Assembly (NCBI GenBank): GCA_021513695.1
Contig: CP084166.1
Span: 832,001 to 896,000 of the forward strand
Source of the DNA: Candidatus Heimdallarchaeum aukensis
GTDB lineage: Archaea > Asgardarchaeota > Heimdallarchaeia > Heimdallarchaeales > Heimdallarchaeaceae
DNA length: 64,000 nt
Direction: 5' to 3'
Numbering within the stretch: position 1 is the stretch's first letter; every line of letters starts with the position of its first letter. The translations under genes and the position numbers were made by a program. The notes under the pieces were generated by a model. It was not told the DNA's origin. It ran no database searches and was given only the letters and a program-made list of their open reading frames with translations. Shown one piece after another: positions 1-9,863 of this stretch.

Positions 1-375
1 CTGTCTTCAGTCTTCCTATTAGTGGGGTTCTTACTTATTCAAGGAACATCCCTTACTTTGATTGCTTTTGTCTTCTGGCAGAAAGAAGGGTGGAAAATCA
101 TACTACTAGGTGAATCTTTGATTTTGTTTATTACTCCTGTAACTTTTCCTATAGTCGTTCTTCCAACATTATTACAAAATATTGCAAAATTTAATCCTCT
201 AAATTATGCAATAGAAGGATTCAGGAATGCTTTTCTCTTTGGAAACACTGGTTCTGTTCAAATGTATTTCCTTATACTTATACTGATTCTACCATTCGCC
301 ACTGCTGTAGGAATAACTATTTTCCACTTCGCAGAAAAATGGTTGAGAAAAAAAGCTCTTATAGGTCAATATTAA
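1..375 (+). CDS. 5'-truncated CDS, C-terminal part of a polytopic membrane protein (ABC-2-type permease-like)
   Basis: The frame is open from base 1 (no stop upstream of the listed M at 22) and ends at TAA 373-375. Hydrophobic helices and an FNPLNY..EGFR segment resemble ABC-2 permease C-termini. Confidence 0.4.
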   Translation: MSSVFLLVGFLLIQGTSLTLIAFVFWQKEGWKIILLGESLILFITPVTFPIVVLPTLLQNIAKFNPLNYAIEGFRNAFLFGNTGSVQMYFLILILILPFATAVGITIFHFAEKWLRKKALIGQY

Positions 376-420
376 AAATTAAAAAATTATTTTTTTTTCT
401 TAATTTTTTTTAGCTGTTTT
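376..420 (+). terminator. oligo-T tract (archaeal-type terminator) after the truncated permease gene
   Basis: Runs of T (ttttttttt..tttttttt) lie immediately 3' of the stop codon. Archaeal RNAP terminates at oligo-T. Confidence 0.35.
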
Positions 421-445
421 TGTGTCAAGGAGTAGGGTTATTTAG

Positions 446-916
446 TTACTCGTCGTCGTCGAATTTTACACCATACTTCCATATTTTGTCTAAAACTTTC
501 TCTTCTTCTACTGTTAGTTCTGAAATGAGATTTTTAAGCCCTTTTAGGATTGCTTCATGTCTTTGAACTTCTCCTAAAATATTATTAAGTATAGCCTTCG
601 TTTTTTGATCTGTAATTTTATCAATAATAGCTTTATTTTGGTTTATAATGTTCCATTCTAGTTCAATGACTGTATCTAACGTTTTAAGAACATTTTCTTT
701 TGTTTCTTCTGGTATTGCTTGATTCAGTCCTTGCGCCCTATCCAACAATCCTTTAAGTATTAATATATGCTTCTTTGCATCAAATCCTATTCCATTCATT
801 AATGCTTCAATTAGTGTATTTCCTACAGCAAAATCATAATAAGTGAGCAAATCTGCTATTTTCTCCTTTACCTCTATCATTTGTCTTAATTGCATAATAA
901 ATGCTTCTTTTTCCAT
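446..916 (-). CDS. hypothetical acidic all-helical protein, 156 aa
   Basis: Clean ORF with no TM segment and a C-terminal DDDE tail. No recognisable motif. Confidence 0.4.
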   Translation of the reverse strand: MEKEAFIMQLRQMIEVKEKIADLLTYYDFAVGNTLIEALMNGIGFDAKKHILILKGLLDRAQGLNQAIPEETKENVLKTLDTVIELEWNIINQNKAIIDKITDQKTKAILNNILGEVQRHEAILKGLKNLISELTVEEEKVLDKIWKYGVKFDDDE

Positions 917-1147
917 TTTGATTACCTTTTTCGATTCTTAACAATATAATGTTGGAAGTGCAATTAAAAGTTTTCGCAGAACTTGCCCTTTTCACTTTAA
1001 AAAGGAGAATATGTTGTGTAAACTAAAGCACAGAGAGGTAAGAAGTAGGAAAAAAAAATTCTATTACTGTCCTTTTCTGTTCTTATTTAACGTTTCAATA
1101 GAAATTTTAAATATAGGCACAGATTCTTTAATTGCGGATGATTTTAA

Positions 1148-2065
1148 ATGAAAAAAGTTATCTCCGTAAGTTTGGGTTCAAAAACAAGAGATTATAAGAG
1201 AGAATATGAACTTGGAGGAGAAAAAATCCAAGTTCAAAGAATAGGTACAGATGGTTCATTGAAAAAATACAAAGAACTTCTCGAAAAATATGATGGAAAA
1301 ATAGATGCTTTTGGTATCGGAGGATTTGATGCTTATCTTTGTAGAAAAAAAAAGAAATACAAGATCAGAGATTTTTGGAAATTAGTAAAAAATGTCAAAA
1401 AAACGCCTTTTTTAGATGGGGGAGGAATAAAAAGTACATTAGAAAGTGAAATATTTCAGTTTGTAGAGAAAAAGCTTCCTGAGGAAGTTGATGAAGATCG
1501 TTCTACTTTAGTTATGAGTGCTGTTGACCGCTGGGGGCAAGCTGAATCTGCTTGGAAATTCGTAAACAAAAATAAAAAACTCATTACTTTTGGTGATCTT
1601 ATCTGGGGATTAAAATTAGGAATTCCTTTACACTCACTAAAGACAGTAAATGCACTGGCAATATTTCTTACACCGATTGTAGTTAGACTACCATTCAGCA
1701 TGCTCTATCCAACAGGAGATAAACAAACAGAGTTTAAGCCTTACAAAACCAAATATTTCAAGAAAGCTAAATTCATTGCAGGAGATTTCCATTTTATCAA
1801 CAGAAACATGCCTAACGAAGGAATGGAAGGAAAAATAATCATTACTAATACAACAACAGAAGAGAATGTAGAACGACTAAAAGAATTAGGGGTAAAATAC
1901 ATCATTACTTCAACACCAAGAATAGAAGGAAGATCATTTGGAACAAATGTTCTTGAAGCGTGTATTGTTGCAATAAGCGGAAAGAATAGAGAACTAACAA
2001 TGGAAGAGTATAGAGAATATCTGAAGAAGTTTAATATTGAACCCGTTATAGAAAAACTAAACTAA
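1148..2065 (+). CDS. hypothetical protein, 305 aa (Gly-rich GIGGFD / DGGGIK motifs, possibly nucleotide-binding)
   Basis: Long ORF with a Lys-rich N-terminal half. It has no family-defining motif I can name. A T-tract follows it. Confidence 0.5.
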   Translation: MKKVISVSLGSKTRDYKREYELGGEKIQVQRIGTDGSLKKYKELLEKYDGKIDAFGIGGFDAYLCRKKKKYKIRDFWKLVKNVKKTPFLDGGGIKSTLESEIFQFVEKKLPEEVDEDRSTLVMSAVDRWGQAESAWKFVNKNKKLITFGDLIWGLKLGIPLHSLKTVNALAIFLTPIVVRLPFSMLYPTGDKQTEFKPYKTKYFKKAKFIAGDFHFINRNMPNEGMEGKIIITNTTTEENVERLKELGVKYIITSTPRIEGRSFGTNVLEACIVAISGKNRELTMEEYREYLKKFNIEPVIEKLN

Positions 2066-2100
2066 CTCTCTTTTTTTTCTAATTTTTTGTTTTTTTTGAG
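2066..2100 (+). terminator. oligo-T terminator tract
   Basis: ctctcttttttttctaattttttgttttttttgag lies directly after the stop at 2065. Confidence 0.35.
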
Positions 2101-2142
2101 ATTGATGTGAAATATTTTTAAATTCACGCTAAAGAATAAATT

Positions 2143-2691
2143 ATGACCTCAGAATTTGTTACAAATTCTTTCTTTGGACTAGTTTTTGTTTTACCAGTAT
2201 TCATGTGTAACGCTTTTGCAGGTTTTATGGGGGCTCTTTTCAAGAAATTAGGTAAAATTTATCCAATGGATGGAGGAAGAAAATGGAAAGATGGAAATCC
2301 TCTTTTAGGTGATCACAAGACTTGGCCAGGTTTTATAGGAGGATTAATCGCAGGTACGATAACTGGAATACTATTGTGGCATTATAATAACCTAAACTCT
2401 TTCTTTTTATGCACTTATCCTTGGTATATAGGTATTCTGATGGGTGTAGGCGATCATTTTGCTGATTTGATGGGTTCTTTCATAAAAAGAAGAATGGGAA
2501 AAAAAAGCGGTGCTTCTCTTCCTCTATATGACCAAGGCTCATGGATGGTTACAGGTGCACTCATAGCTTTACCCTTTTGTAAGCCTATAATTTGGATTTA
2601 CTACATCGTACCCATAGTTCTTACTCCCTTAATCCACGTAATCGCTGGTTTTATTGCTCTCTGGACTGGAATAAAAGATGTATGGTACTAA
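2143..2691 (+). CDS. carS: CDP-archaeol synthase (CDP-2,3-di-O-geranylgeranyl-sn-glycerol synthase)
   Basis: 182-aa polytopic protein with a DGGRKWKDGNPLLGDHKTWPGFIGG segment that matches the CarS (DUF46) signature. This is my recollection of the family, not a database hit. Confidence 0.65.
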   Translation: MTSEFVTNSFFGLVFVLPVFMCNAFAGFMGALFKKLGKIYPMDGGRKWKDGNPLLGDHKTWPGFIGGLIAGTITGILLWHYNNLNSFFLCTYPWYIGILMGVGDHFADLMGSFIKRRMGKKSGASLPLYDQGSWMVTGALIALPFCKPIIWIYYIVPIVLTPLIHVIAGFIALWTGIKDVWY

Positions 2692-2773
2692 TTAGTAGAA
2701 ACGAGTAAAACTGTTCTTGCTTTTATTTTATAGTTTCAAGTAATAATTTAAAAACTAGACAATTCATTAGAAC

Positions 2774-3586
2774 GTGAAAAAAATGAAATTCGATATTATT
2801 ATTCTTGCTGGAAAATCAAAAATGGATGACCCATTATTGAACTATATTTACGAGAGATATAATAAAAAATACGAGTCTAAAGTTTTAATAGAAAATAACG
2901 GTGTTCCTTTTCTTAGACTTATATGTGATGTTTTACGCGAGTGTCCATCAATAGGGGATATTTACATTGCAGGATTGACAGAGAACGATATTGAACTCCC
3001 TTATCCTGTTCACTTTTTAGATGTAGGCAAAGAAACGAGTACAACTGATAAAATAGAATACTGGATTAATAATTATTTATCCAAAAAGAATCCTGTTCCA
3101 AGTTTAGCTTTGATTATGAGCGGAGATATTCCAACAGTTAAGCCCGAACATATTGAAGATTTTATTAGTAAAATAAAAGATAAAGAATGTGACTTCCACT
3201 ATGGAGTAGTAGAACAAACTGATATGGAAAGAGTTTTTCCTGGGAGCAATAGATCTTATGCTAAACTAAAAGATGGTAACTTCTGCGGTTCTGATATATT
3301 TGGAATCAATCCTCAAACAATCCTCAAGTATTCTAAAACTTTTAGAGAACTAACATCAAAGAGAAAAAGTTTCTTGAAGCAAGCTTTCTTCGTCTCTCCT
3401 TTTAAATTCATCAAGATCGTTCTAAGACGAGCTACACTTCAAGAAGTAATTAACATAGCAGAAAAAGCTTTAAAGATGAGTGTTGATATCCAAAGATTAT
3501 CTTATCCAGAGTTAGCAATGGATATAGATAAACCCTTTCAATATGAAATAGTAAAAAGATATTTGGAAAATGAAGAACAAGTGTAA
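2774..3586 (+). CDS. MobA-like nucleotidyltransferase family protein
   Basis: The N-terminal DIIILAGKS segment is a typical NTP-transferase glycine loop. Substrate unknown. Confidence 0.4.
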   Translation: MKKMKFDIIILAGKSKMDDPLLNYIYERYNKKYESKVLIENNGVPFLRLICDVLRECPSIGDIYIAGLTENDIELPYPVHFLDVGKETSTTDKIEYWINNYLSKKNPVPSLALIMSGDIPTVKPEHIEDFISKIKDKECDFHYGVVEQTDMERVFPGSNRSYAKLKDGNFCGSDIFGINPQTILKYSKTFRELTSKRKSFLKQAFFVSPFKFIKIVLRRATLQEVINIAEKALKMSVDIQRLSYPELAMDIDKPFQYEIVKRYLENEEQV

Positions 3587-3649
3587 GAAGTAGAAAAAAT
3601 TAAAATTTCATTTTTCAATTTTGAACAAGAACTGGAAAGAAGATCAGAG

Positions 3650-4210
3650 ATGCCTAAAAATAAATTTGTTCAAACGCTCTTAAAATATGATGAAAAAATT
3701 TCTAAAAAAGTAGCTATTAAGCTAAAATCAATTCAAAAAATACTTGGATTCATTTCTCTTTCAGGAAATTCTCAACCTTGGATTATTTTATCCGCTGTGT
3801 TCTTTATTTTTAATGATTTCTTCACCCGTATTCAGAACCTCTCACAGATTATAGCCGTTCTTTTTTCTGCAAGTATAGTAGGAATAGTTAAAATAATCGT
3901 AAAAAGAGAAAGACCCAATCATTTAATGGTAGAAGAATATATAGCAAAAGTAGATTACTACTCTTTTCCTTCTGGACATAGCACAAGAGCAATTGCTTTC
4001 TCAATTATGATAACTTATTATTATCCTGCTTATGGTTGGATATTTATTTTATGGGGATTAATCATAGCTTTTACCAGAATAGCACTCGATCTTCACTACT
4101 TTTTTGATGTAATAGCAGGAATAATATTAGGGATAATTGGAGGAGTTATAGGAATTTTTGTTTACCAGAAATTAGTAATAGTCTTGAGTGATTACTCTTT
4201 CTTCACCTAG
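3650..4210 (+). CDS. PAP2-family phosphatase (phosphatidic acid phosphatase type 2-like), membrane
   Basis: The three PAP2 motifs are present: KRERPNH (KxxxxxxRP), PSGHS, and RIALDLHYFFD (SRxxxxxHxxxD-like). It has multiple TM helices. Confidence 0.7.
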   Translation: MPKNKFVQTLLKYDEKISKKVAIKLKSIQKILGFISLSGNSQPWIILSAVFFIFNDFFTRIQNLSQIIAVLFSASIVGIVKIIVKRERPNHLMVEEYIAKVDYYSFPSGHSTRAIAFSIMITYYYPAYGWIFILWGLIIAFTRIALDLHYFFDVIAGIILGIIGGVIGIFVYQKLVIVLSDYSFFT

Positions 4211-4275
4211 AAAATTTCACCAAATATAATTAAACAATTAGAGACCTTTATTAACTTAAAAGATTATTACTTCAC

Positions 4276-5205
4276 ATGCTAAAAAGAACAAAAGAATTTA
4301 CTCAAGAAGATTTCCAAGACAAAGATTTGCTAGTTTATGACCCTTTTTACGATAAAAGGATAAATATTCCCATTAGAAGAGGAGGAACAACTTACAATGT
4401 TAGTCTAATAGATATGAATGAAAGTCCTCTTCATCCTGATTGGACTGTTATATGCGTTCACGGTTGGGGTTCAAATGCATTAAATTATCGTTTTGTTCTA
4501 AAGTACCTTTCGTCATATTATAGAGTAATAGCTTACGATCTAAAAGGTCACGGAGAATCTGATAAAGATGAAGACACTTACGATTTAGGATTGTTTACTG
4601 AAGAGTTGGCTCAAATTATTGATCATTTTAACCCCAACAATTTAGTCTTAGTTGGACATAGTATGGGGACAGCAATAGTTATGAATTATGTCTATTTAAA
4701 TCCTGGAAGAATAAAAGCAATGGCACTTGTTTCTTCTTCTGCTGATTTTGGAGAACCTTTACCTCGTATTGTTCCTCTAGTTTTTTCCAAAGTAGATGAA
4801 AGACTCAAGAATGCTTTAATTCACGCTGGAATGGCTCTATGCGTGACCAAAGATTGTCCTAAGATTTTATTAGATATTCTTCGAGAACAAAATAAAAGAA
4901 CCCCCTACGAAGTTTATAGAAAAGCGCTTTTGAATACCATTTATCCGTGGAAAAAAGATGAGGACCTGAATAAAATAAAAGAGCCAACACTAATTATGGT
5001 TGGAGACAAAGATATCGTAACTCCTGTCTCAAATTCTGAAAAACTAAACAAACTAATTCCTAACTCCAGACTTCTTATAATTCCTAATGCTGGACACTCT
5101 GTCCTAATTGAAAAAGGTAAACATGCCGCACTTCTATTGTTAGAGTTTGTAGAATTTATAAGAGAGCAAGAACAAGCAAAACAAAAAGAAGAAAGTAAGG
5201 AATGA
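4276..5205 (+). CDS. alpha/beta-fold hydrolase
   Basis: HGWG oxyanion region, GHSMG nucleophile elbow, C-terminal D and GH(S) catalytic residues. Confidence 0.75.
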   Translation: MLKRTKEFTQEDFQDKDLLVYDPFYDKRINIPIRRGGTTYNVSLIDMNESPLHPDWTVICVHGWGSNALNYRFVLKYLSSYYRVIAYDLKGHGESDKDEDTYDLGLFTEELAQIIDHFNPNNLVLVGHSMGTAIVMNYVYLNPGRIKAMALVSSSADFGEPLPRIVPLVFSKVDERLKNALIHAGMALCVTKDCPKILLDILREQNKRTPYEVYRKALLNTIYPWKKDEDLNKIKEPTLIMVGDKDIVTPVSNSEKLNKLIPNSRLLIIPNAGHSVLIEKGKHAALLLLEFVEFIREQEQAKQKEESKE

Positions 5206-5219
5206 AAAAATAAAAGTAA

Positions 5220-6689
5220 TTATTCTTCTGAATTTATTTTAGGAACAACTTCAATTTTTTCTTTTTCATCTATTACTATAGGTTCTTTGAAACTTATCCA
5301 GTAAGTCTTATTCATTATTGTGTCTACATCTAGTCTGTTTGAAACTTCTTTTGTTCCTAAACTAGCTAATCTTATAATAAACCATTCAAAACTGTATTTA
5401 AAGTTCTTTTTACTCCAAGTAACAATCAGTAAATGATAACAATAGGTAACGAACAACGCTACTAAAAGGGCATATCCTGCTTTTTCATATGGGAGTTTAT
5501 CCCTTACTAGGTCATCGTCTACAAGAAAACTAAACAGCCAACGAGGAAGCAAGGAAAATATCTGTAAAGAAAAAACTGTAAGAGCTACAGTTCCCCATAA
5601 CCGCATCGTTCTGACAAATTTTCTATTTGCAAACTTTTCAGGGTTACCTTTAAATTCTACATAATTTAGCAATAATGCTACCACTCCGATCCAAGCAAAA
5701 AGAAGAAACATGAAATATGACAGATTAGGTCTATTCCAAGTAAAATCAAAACGAACTAATGGATCTTTTGTTATCTCTCCAATAACCAGTAAAATTCCCC
5801 CTAAAATCGCAAATCCAAAACTTGCTATTCCTAAATATTGGGGAAGTTTTTTTGATGGTTTTGGTTTAGCTAGTAGTATCCCTATAATTGAACCAATAAA
5901 TGATACTGATAGGAAGGGGAATAAGGGTTCTAAATCTCCTGCTAAAACAACAAAAATATAGGTTTTAAAGTTGTGATAACTTCGAGCAGTTACTTCATCT
6001 GGCCATTTAGGATAAAGAGGATCAATTAACCTCCAAAGAGGATAACTTAAAGCTAAAATTGCGAAAGCTAATCCGGCATAAATAAGAACATTACGTTTGA
6101 TTTTCAAATATCCTTTGTTTTTAATTAAGAAGTAATGAATTATACCATTGATAATCATACACCAACCAATTGCTTGCAGAGTTTCCATGGTGAAAAAAGC
6201 CCTACCAAATCTTAGCCAAAAATCTTGTACTGTGTGGATAGCCCACGGTGTAGTCCCCTTTGATCTTATTGAAGTGCCAATATATCCGTAATAAAGTAAT
6301 CCTTCTGTTATTGCTCCTACGATTAGTAATCCAACTCCTGTAAGTATTTGTTTGGCTAAAATTTTGTTAGGGTCATAACCTTTTGCTGCTTTTTTAGTCA
6401 TAGCTAAAACATTGACTATAGCAGAAATTAAAAGAAAATACCCTGCCCATCCACTTAAGAATGCTATTAGAAAAACACTAGCAATAATAAGTGGGCTTTT
6501 TTGTAAAAGTTGGTCTATATTAGTTGCCCACGAAATATCGTACATATGTTGTATCTCATGGAGAAGGACCATCATAAAAATCGCCAACCCTCTCTGAAAG
6601 TCTAGAGAGGCTATTCTTTTCATTTGTTTTACTTCTTTCATTTCAACTGATTCTTTTGTTAAAGTTGACATTTTACGCTCTCTTTTCAA
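5220..6689 (-). CDS. polytopic membrane protein, DUF1624 / HGSNAT-like putative acyltransferase
   Basis: The N-terminal RIASLDFQRGLAIFMMV matches the R..S.D..RG.A...M signature of the heparan-alpha-glucosaminide N-acetyltransferase-like family. About 12 TM helices. Confidence 0.45.
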   Translation of the reverse strand: MKRERKMSTLTKESVEMKEVKQMKRIASLDFQRGLAIFMMVLLHEIQHMYDISWATNIDQLLQKSPLIIASVFLIAFLSGWAGYFLLISAIVNVLAMTKKAAKGYDPNKILAKQILTGVGLLIVGAITEGLLYYGYIGTSIRSKGTTPWAIHTVQDFWLRFGRAFFTMETLQAIGWCMIINGIIHYFLIKNKGYLKIKRNVLIYAGLAFAILALSYPLWRLIDPLYPKWPDEVTARSYHNFKTYIFVVLAGDLEPLFPFLSVSFIGSIIGILLAKPKPSKKLPQYLGIASFGFAILGGILLVIGEITKDPLVRFDFTWNRPNLSYFMFLLFAWIGVVALLLNYVEFKGNPEKFANRKFVRTMRLWGTVALTVFSLQIFSLLPRWLFSFLVDDDLVRDKLPYEKAGYALLVALFVTYCYHLLIVTWSKKNFKYSFEWFIIRLASLGTKEVSNRLDVDTIMNKTYWISFKEPIVIDEKEKIEVVPKINSEE

Positions 6690-6823
6690 AGTCTTTTCCG
6701 CTGTCTTTTAAAACTTTCTTTAATCTTTGTATATAACTAATAGAAGGAGAGAAAATAGAGTGAGTTTATTTCAATTCAATTAACCAAATAAAAATTAAAT
6801 TAAAAACTAAATGATAAAAGCAC

Positions 6824-8185
6824 TTATTCTTTTTCATTATCCTTCTCTATAAGTTTAAAGAAACTGGCTTTTTCATTTGGGTAAATTAATGTTGACATTC
6901 CTACTGAAGTTCTGTTAATTATCTCCTTCCCTTCAAGTTTGTTCAAAATTCGAGAGACTGTAGCTTGGGATAAACCTGTTTTTGCAGCAATAGACGCTTG
7001 ATTTTGTCCTGGTTTTTCTATTATTATTTTCATAATCTTCTCCTCCTTCTCATTCAGGAATTTGGAAAGCTTGCCTAAATCGTATTTTTTTGTTTTCTTC
7101 TTTTCTATTTTTGCTACTTCTTCCTTGCTGTTCTGCCAGATAAAGAAAATTATCACTAAACTAGCAATCAAGAAAGAAAAAAGAAAAATAGATACTATCA
7201 TCCAAGGGTTAATATCAGCAACAACATAAGCATGAACTGTACATTCTGTTACTTGTTTGGACAAATTAGATTGGAAGATTATTTTACCCGATCGTTCTCC
7301 AGCTTGAAGTTTTATTTCAATAGTTACTTTTTTTTGTTCCAAAGGAAGAAGATCAATAGTTTTGTATTTAGTTGAAATCCAAGTAACGTTAGCTGTAATG
7401 TTTACCTGTTGATGAACATTCAAGATATTTGTTAAAGTAAAAATCTGTTTAATTTTATTAGCACTTCGAGGAATATATCCTACTTCCCATACCAGCGGAG
7501 AAACTAAAAAGACATTTTCCAAAGATTTGTACTTAATTAATAAAACAAAGTTACTTGAATCAGCGTAGTTCCAAGTAAGTTTTAATTTTTCTCCTATAGT
7601 GCTGATTGTTTGTGGCTCAGGATTAGAAGAGTATAAAGAAAGACTGTTTGTTAGAAAAGTGGTTATTGAAAGAATAGAGACTGATTGGGTGAAAAAAATC
7701 CTAAAATCAAAATTTAAAGTTCCTTGCTCCTCTTTATTTTCGCTTAAAAATACAATATAGAAAGAGTATTTTTCACCTACTGAAAGAGCACGAGGAAATC
7801 TGTAAATTATCTCAGTATATCCACTTGTTAAGTTATAAGAAGATGAAATAAGGAGATTTCTTCCTAAACTATCAGAAACTAGTAATTGAGAGATATTCCC
7901 CCAAATAAAAACCTTATCTGTAATTGAAGTAGCGTTTTCTTTAGTTTGCAAATACTCAATACTTACATTACAACGTGAAGAGAGAAAATAAATATCAATC
8001 ACTATATCAACAGAAACAATTTTAGCAGAATTTACAAGTTTAGGTTTTTTGTAAGACGATATCTCAGGAGAGTAATCATCCTTAAGATTTAAGTTTACAC
8101 CAAATAATGGTTGAAATAATAGTAGCACAAAAACAATTACGAAAAATTTCTTTACAGATGAAGATTTTACCATTTTCTTATTCAC
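6824..8185 (-). CDS. membrane-anchored transcription regulator: signal peptide, ~300-aa extracytoplasmic domain, one TM, C-terminal winged HTH
   Basis: N-terminal hydrophobic signal. Extracellular domain with many N-x-S/T sequons. TM segment WMIVSIFLFSFLIASLVIIFFIW. The C-terminus (...ASIAAKTGLSQATVSRILNKLEGKEIINR) is a MarR/TrmB-like wHTH. Confidence 0.6.
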   Translation of the reverse strand: MNKKMVKSSSVKKFFVIVFVLLLFQPLFGVNLNLKDDYSPEISSYKKPKLVNSAKIVSVDIVIDIYFLSSRCNVSIEYLQTKENATSITDKVFIWGNISQLLVSDSLGRNLLISSSYNLTSGYTEIIYRFPRALSVGEKYSFYIVFLSENKEEQGTLNFDFRIFFTQSVSILSITTFLTNSLSLYSSNPEPQTISTIGEKLKLTWNYADSSNFVLLIKYKSLENVFLVSPLVWEVGYIPRSANKIKQIFTLTNILNVHQQVNITANVTWISTKYKTIDLLPLEQKKVTIEIKLQAGERSGKIIFQSNLSKQVTECTVHAYVVADINPWMIVSIFLFSFLIASLVIIFFIWQNSKEEVAKIEKKKTKKYDLGKLSKFLNEKEEKIMKIIIEKPGQNQASIAAKTGLSQATVSRILNKLEGKEIINRTSVGMSTLIYPNEKASFFKLIEKDNEKE

Positions 8186-8258
8186 TAAGGATTACGCGTT
8201 TTTATTTCTTTTTTATTTCTTATCAAATAAAAAAATAAAAAGAAAAAAGAGGATAATT

Positions 8259-9737
8259 TTAGAATTCAACATCAACATAATCAAAGAATTCAAGATAAGT
8301 CACTTCTAATTCTCCATTTCCGTTGTCATCTATTATTTCTATCCAAAGCCCACCGTTATCATTTGAATAGAGTTCAACATACCAATAACCATATGAAAAG
8401 CTTATCCACATCTCATAATCAGGATTATCTTGAATGAATTGTTGAACTTCAGGCAAAGTTAAAGCAAATTTTTCTACTTCTTGTTCTGTATGGAGAGGAG
8501 GTTCAGGGATATAGTATTCTAAATAGATTACTTCTCCAGTAATGTCATCTATTTCTGCAAAAAGATAAGCTTCCCAAGAGAAAGAAGAGTAAATGTCTAT
8601 ATACCAGTATCCAAAACCATCGTACCAGATGTACATTTCAGTATCTTCCACGTTTGCTAGAAATTCTTGCACTTCTGGTAAAGCTAAAGCAATTGCCTTT
8701 ATCTCTTCTTCTGTGTGAATAGCAGGAGTGGTCATCAGTTTATCTATAATTTCTCCTGTTGTATCGTCAATATATAGTTCGATCCAATCAGTATAGTTGT
8801 AATTATAAAAACCAACTACCCAAGTAACGTTGGTAGAATAATCAATTGGATAACCTATTTCTCCATTTTCAGTGTCTACTGTGTTTATAGTATTAGTTCC
8901 TTCATCTCCATTGTTATCGTTTATTTCTCCTATTTCAGGGACAGTCATATTATCTCCAAATTCCTCATCATAACAGTAAAACCAGTCCATTAAATAAACA
9001 TAAACTTCGTAATCAGGATTGTTTGTAATAAATGTTTGAACATCAGGGTCAGTCAGCGCTATTTCTACAACCTCTTGTGGAGTAAGAGTAGTATTGTATA
9101 TATCCTCTGAAGAATAAACATCTACTATTTCTCCTGTAACATCGTCAATAGTAACAGTACACCATGAAAAGTAATATTCATCATAAAAATCAACAAACCA
9201 GTATTGATAAAAGTCATAGTAGGCATATACTTCATATTCAGGATTTTGCTCTATAAAGTTTTTAACTTCCTCATTCTCTAAAGCAATGGCTATAACTTGC
9301 TCCTCTGTTAGATTAGACTCATCCGAATAATAGAATGCTTCACTTTCAACAACTTCACCAGTATTATCTTCAACAATAGCATAAGCATAACTCATCCAGT
9401 CATCAGCATAAAACTCCACATACCAATAACCAAATCCATCGTAATAACAATATTCTTCCACACTAGAATAATTAGAAAGAAATTCTTGTATTGTAGGATC
9501 GCTTTTAGCTATGTTTTTCACTTGCTCCTCAGTTAATTTGGCAGGTATTGTATCATTATATTCTGTATAATCTGTATTGTCACTAGTATTTTCATCATTT
9601 CCTTGTTCATTATTAATAAAAATAGGTGGTAATTCTTTATTCTTTTTAGCATTTGTTCCAACTACTATTCCAATGGCAATAGAAGAAATGAACAAGCTCA
9701 TGAAAGCAGTAACCAAAATTTTTTGCTTCAAATTCAT
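8259..9737 (-). CDS. secreted or membrane-anchored, highly acidic Tyr/Trp-rich protein with six PepSY-like repeats
   Basis: Signal anchor MNLKQKILVTAFMSLFISSIAIGIVVG. A ~65-aa unit repeats six times, each ending in D(D/N)xTGE(I/V)(I/V), which is PepSY-like. I place the start at the internal ATG (9737) that precedes the signal anchor. The listed ORF extends to 9800. Confidence 0.55.
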   Translation of the reverse strand: MNLKQKILVTAFMSLFISSIAIGIVVGTNAKKNKELPPIFINNEQGNDENTSDNTDYTEYNDTIPAKLTEEQVKNIAKSDPTIQEFLSNYSSVEEYCYYDGFGYWYVEFYADDWMSYAYAIVEDNTGEVVESEAFYYSDESNLTEEQVIAIALENEEVKNFIEQNPEYEVYAYYDFYQYWFVDFYDEYYFSWCTVTIDDVTGEIVDVYSSEDIYNTTLTPQEVVEIALTDPDVQTFITNNPDYEVYVYLMDWFYCYDEEFGDNMTVPEIGEINDNNGDEGTNTINTVDTENGEIGYPIDYSTNVTWVVGFYNYNYTDWIELYIDDTTGEIIDKLMTTPAIHTEEEIKAIALALPEVQEFLANVEDTEMYIWYDGFGYWYIDIYSSFSWEAYLFAEIDDITGEVIYLEYYIPEPPLHTEQEVEKFALTLPEVQQFIQDNPDYEMWISFSYGYWYVELYSNDNGGLWIEIIDDNGNGELEVTYLEFFDYVDVEF

Positions 9738-9863
9738 GTTTTCACCACTATAACATTCTATGAAATAAGACTTATACCTTACTTGAAAGATATGTTTCAA
9801 AAAATGAAATTAAAGATTAGAGAGTAAAAAAATGAAAAAAACATTTATTTTCCTCCAGGCAAA

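Noticed and set aside
1456-1701. Short ORFs on the opposite strand or in other frames inside long genes (1456-1701, 5710-5961, 6412-6597, 14265-14519, 15287-15684, 16065-16268, 18176-18412, 19793-20164, 20408-20689, 20934-21119, 21583-21774, 35777-35959, 42059-42271, 43389-43598, 45341-45630, 45955-46140, 50799-51291, 52149-52382, 54225-54740, 55308-55508)
   Set aside because: Each is fully embedded in a longer ORF with clear family motifs. They have low-complexity or odd composition and no independent signal, so they are judged spurious.
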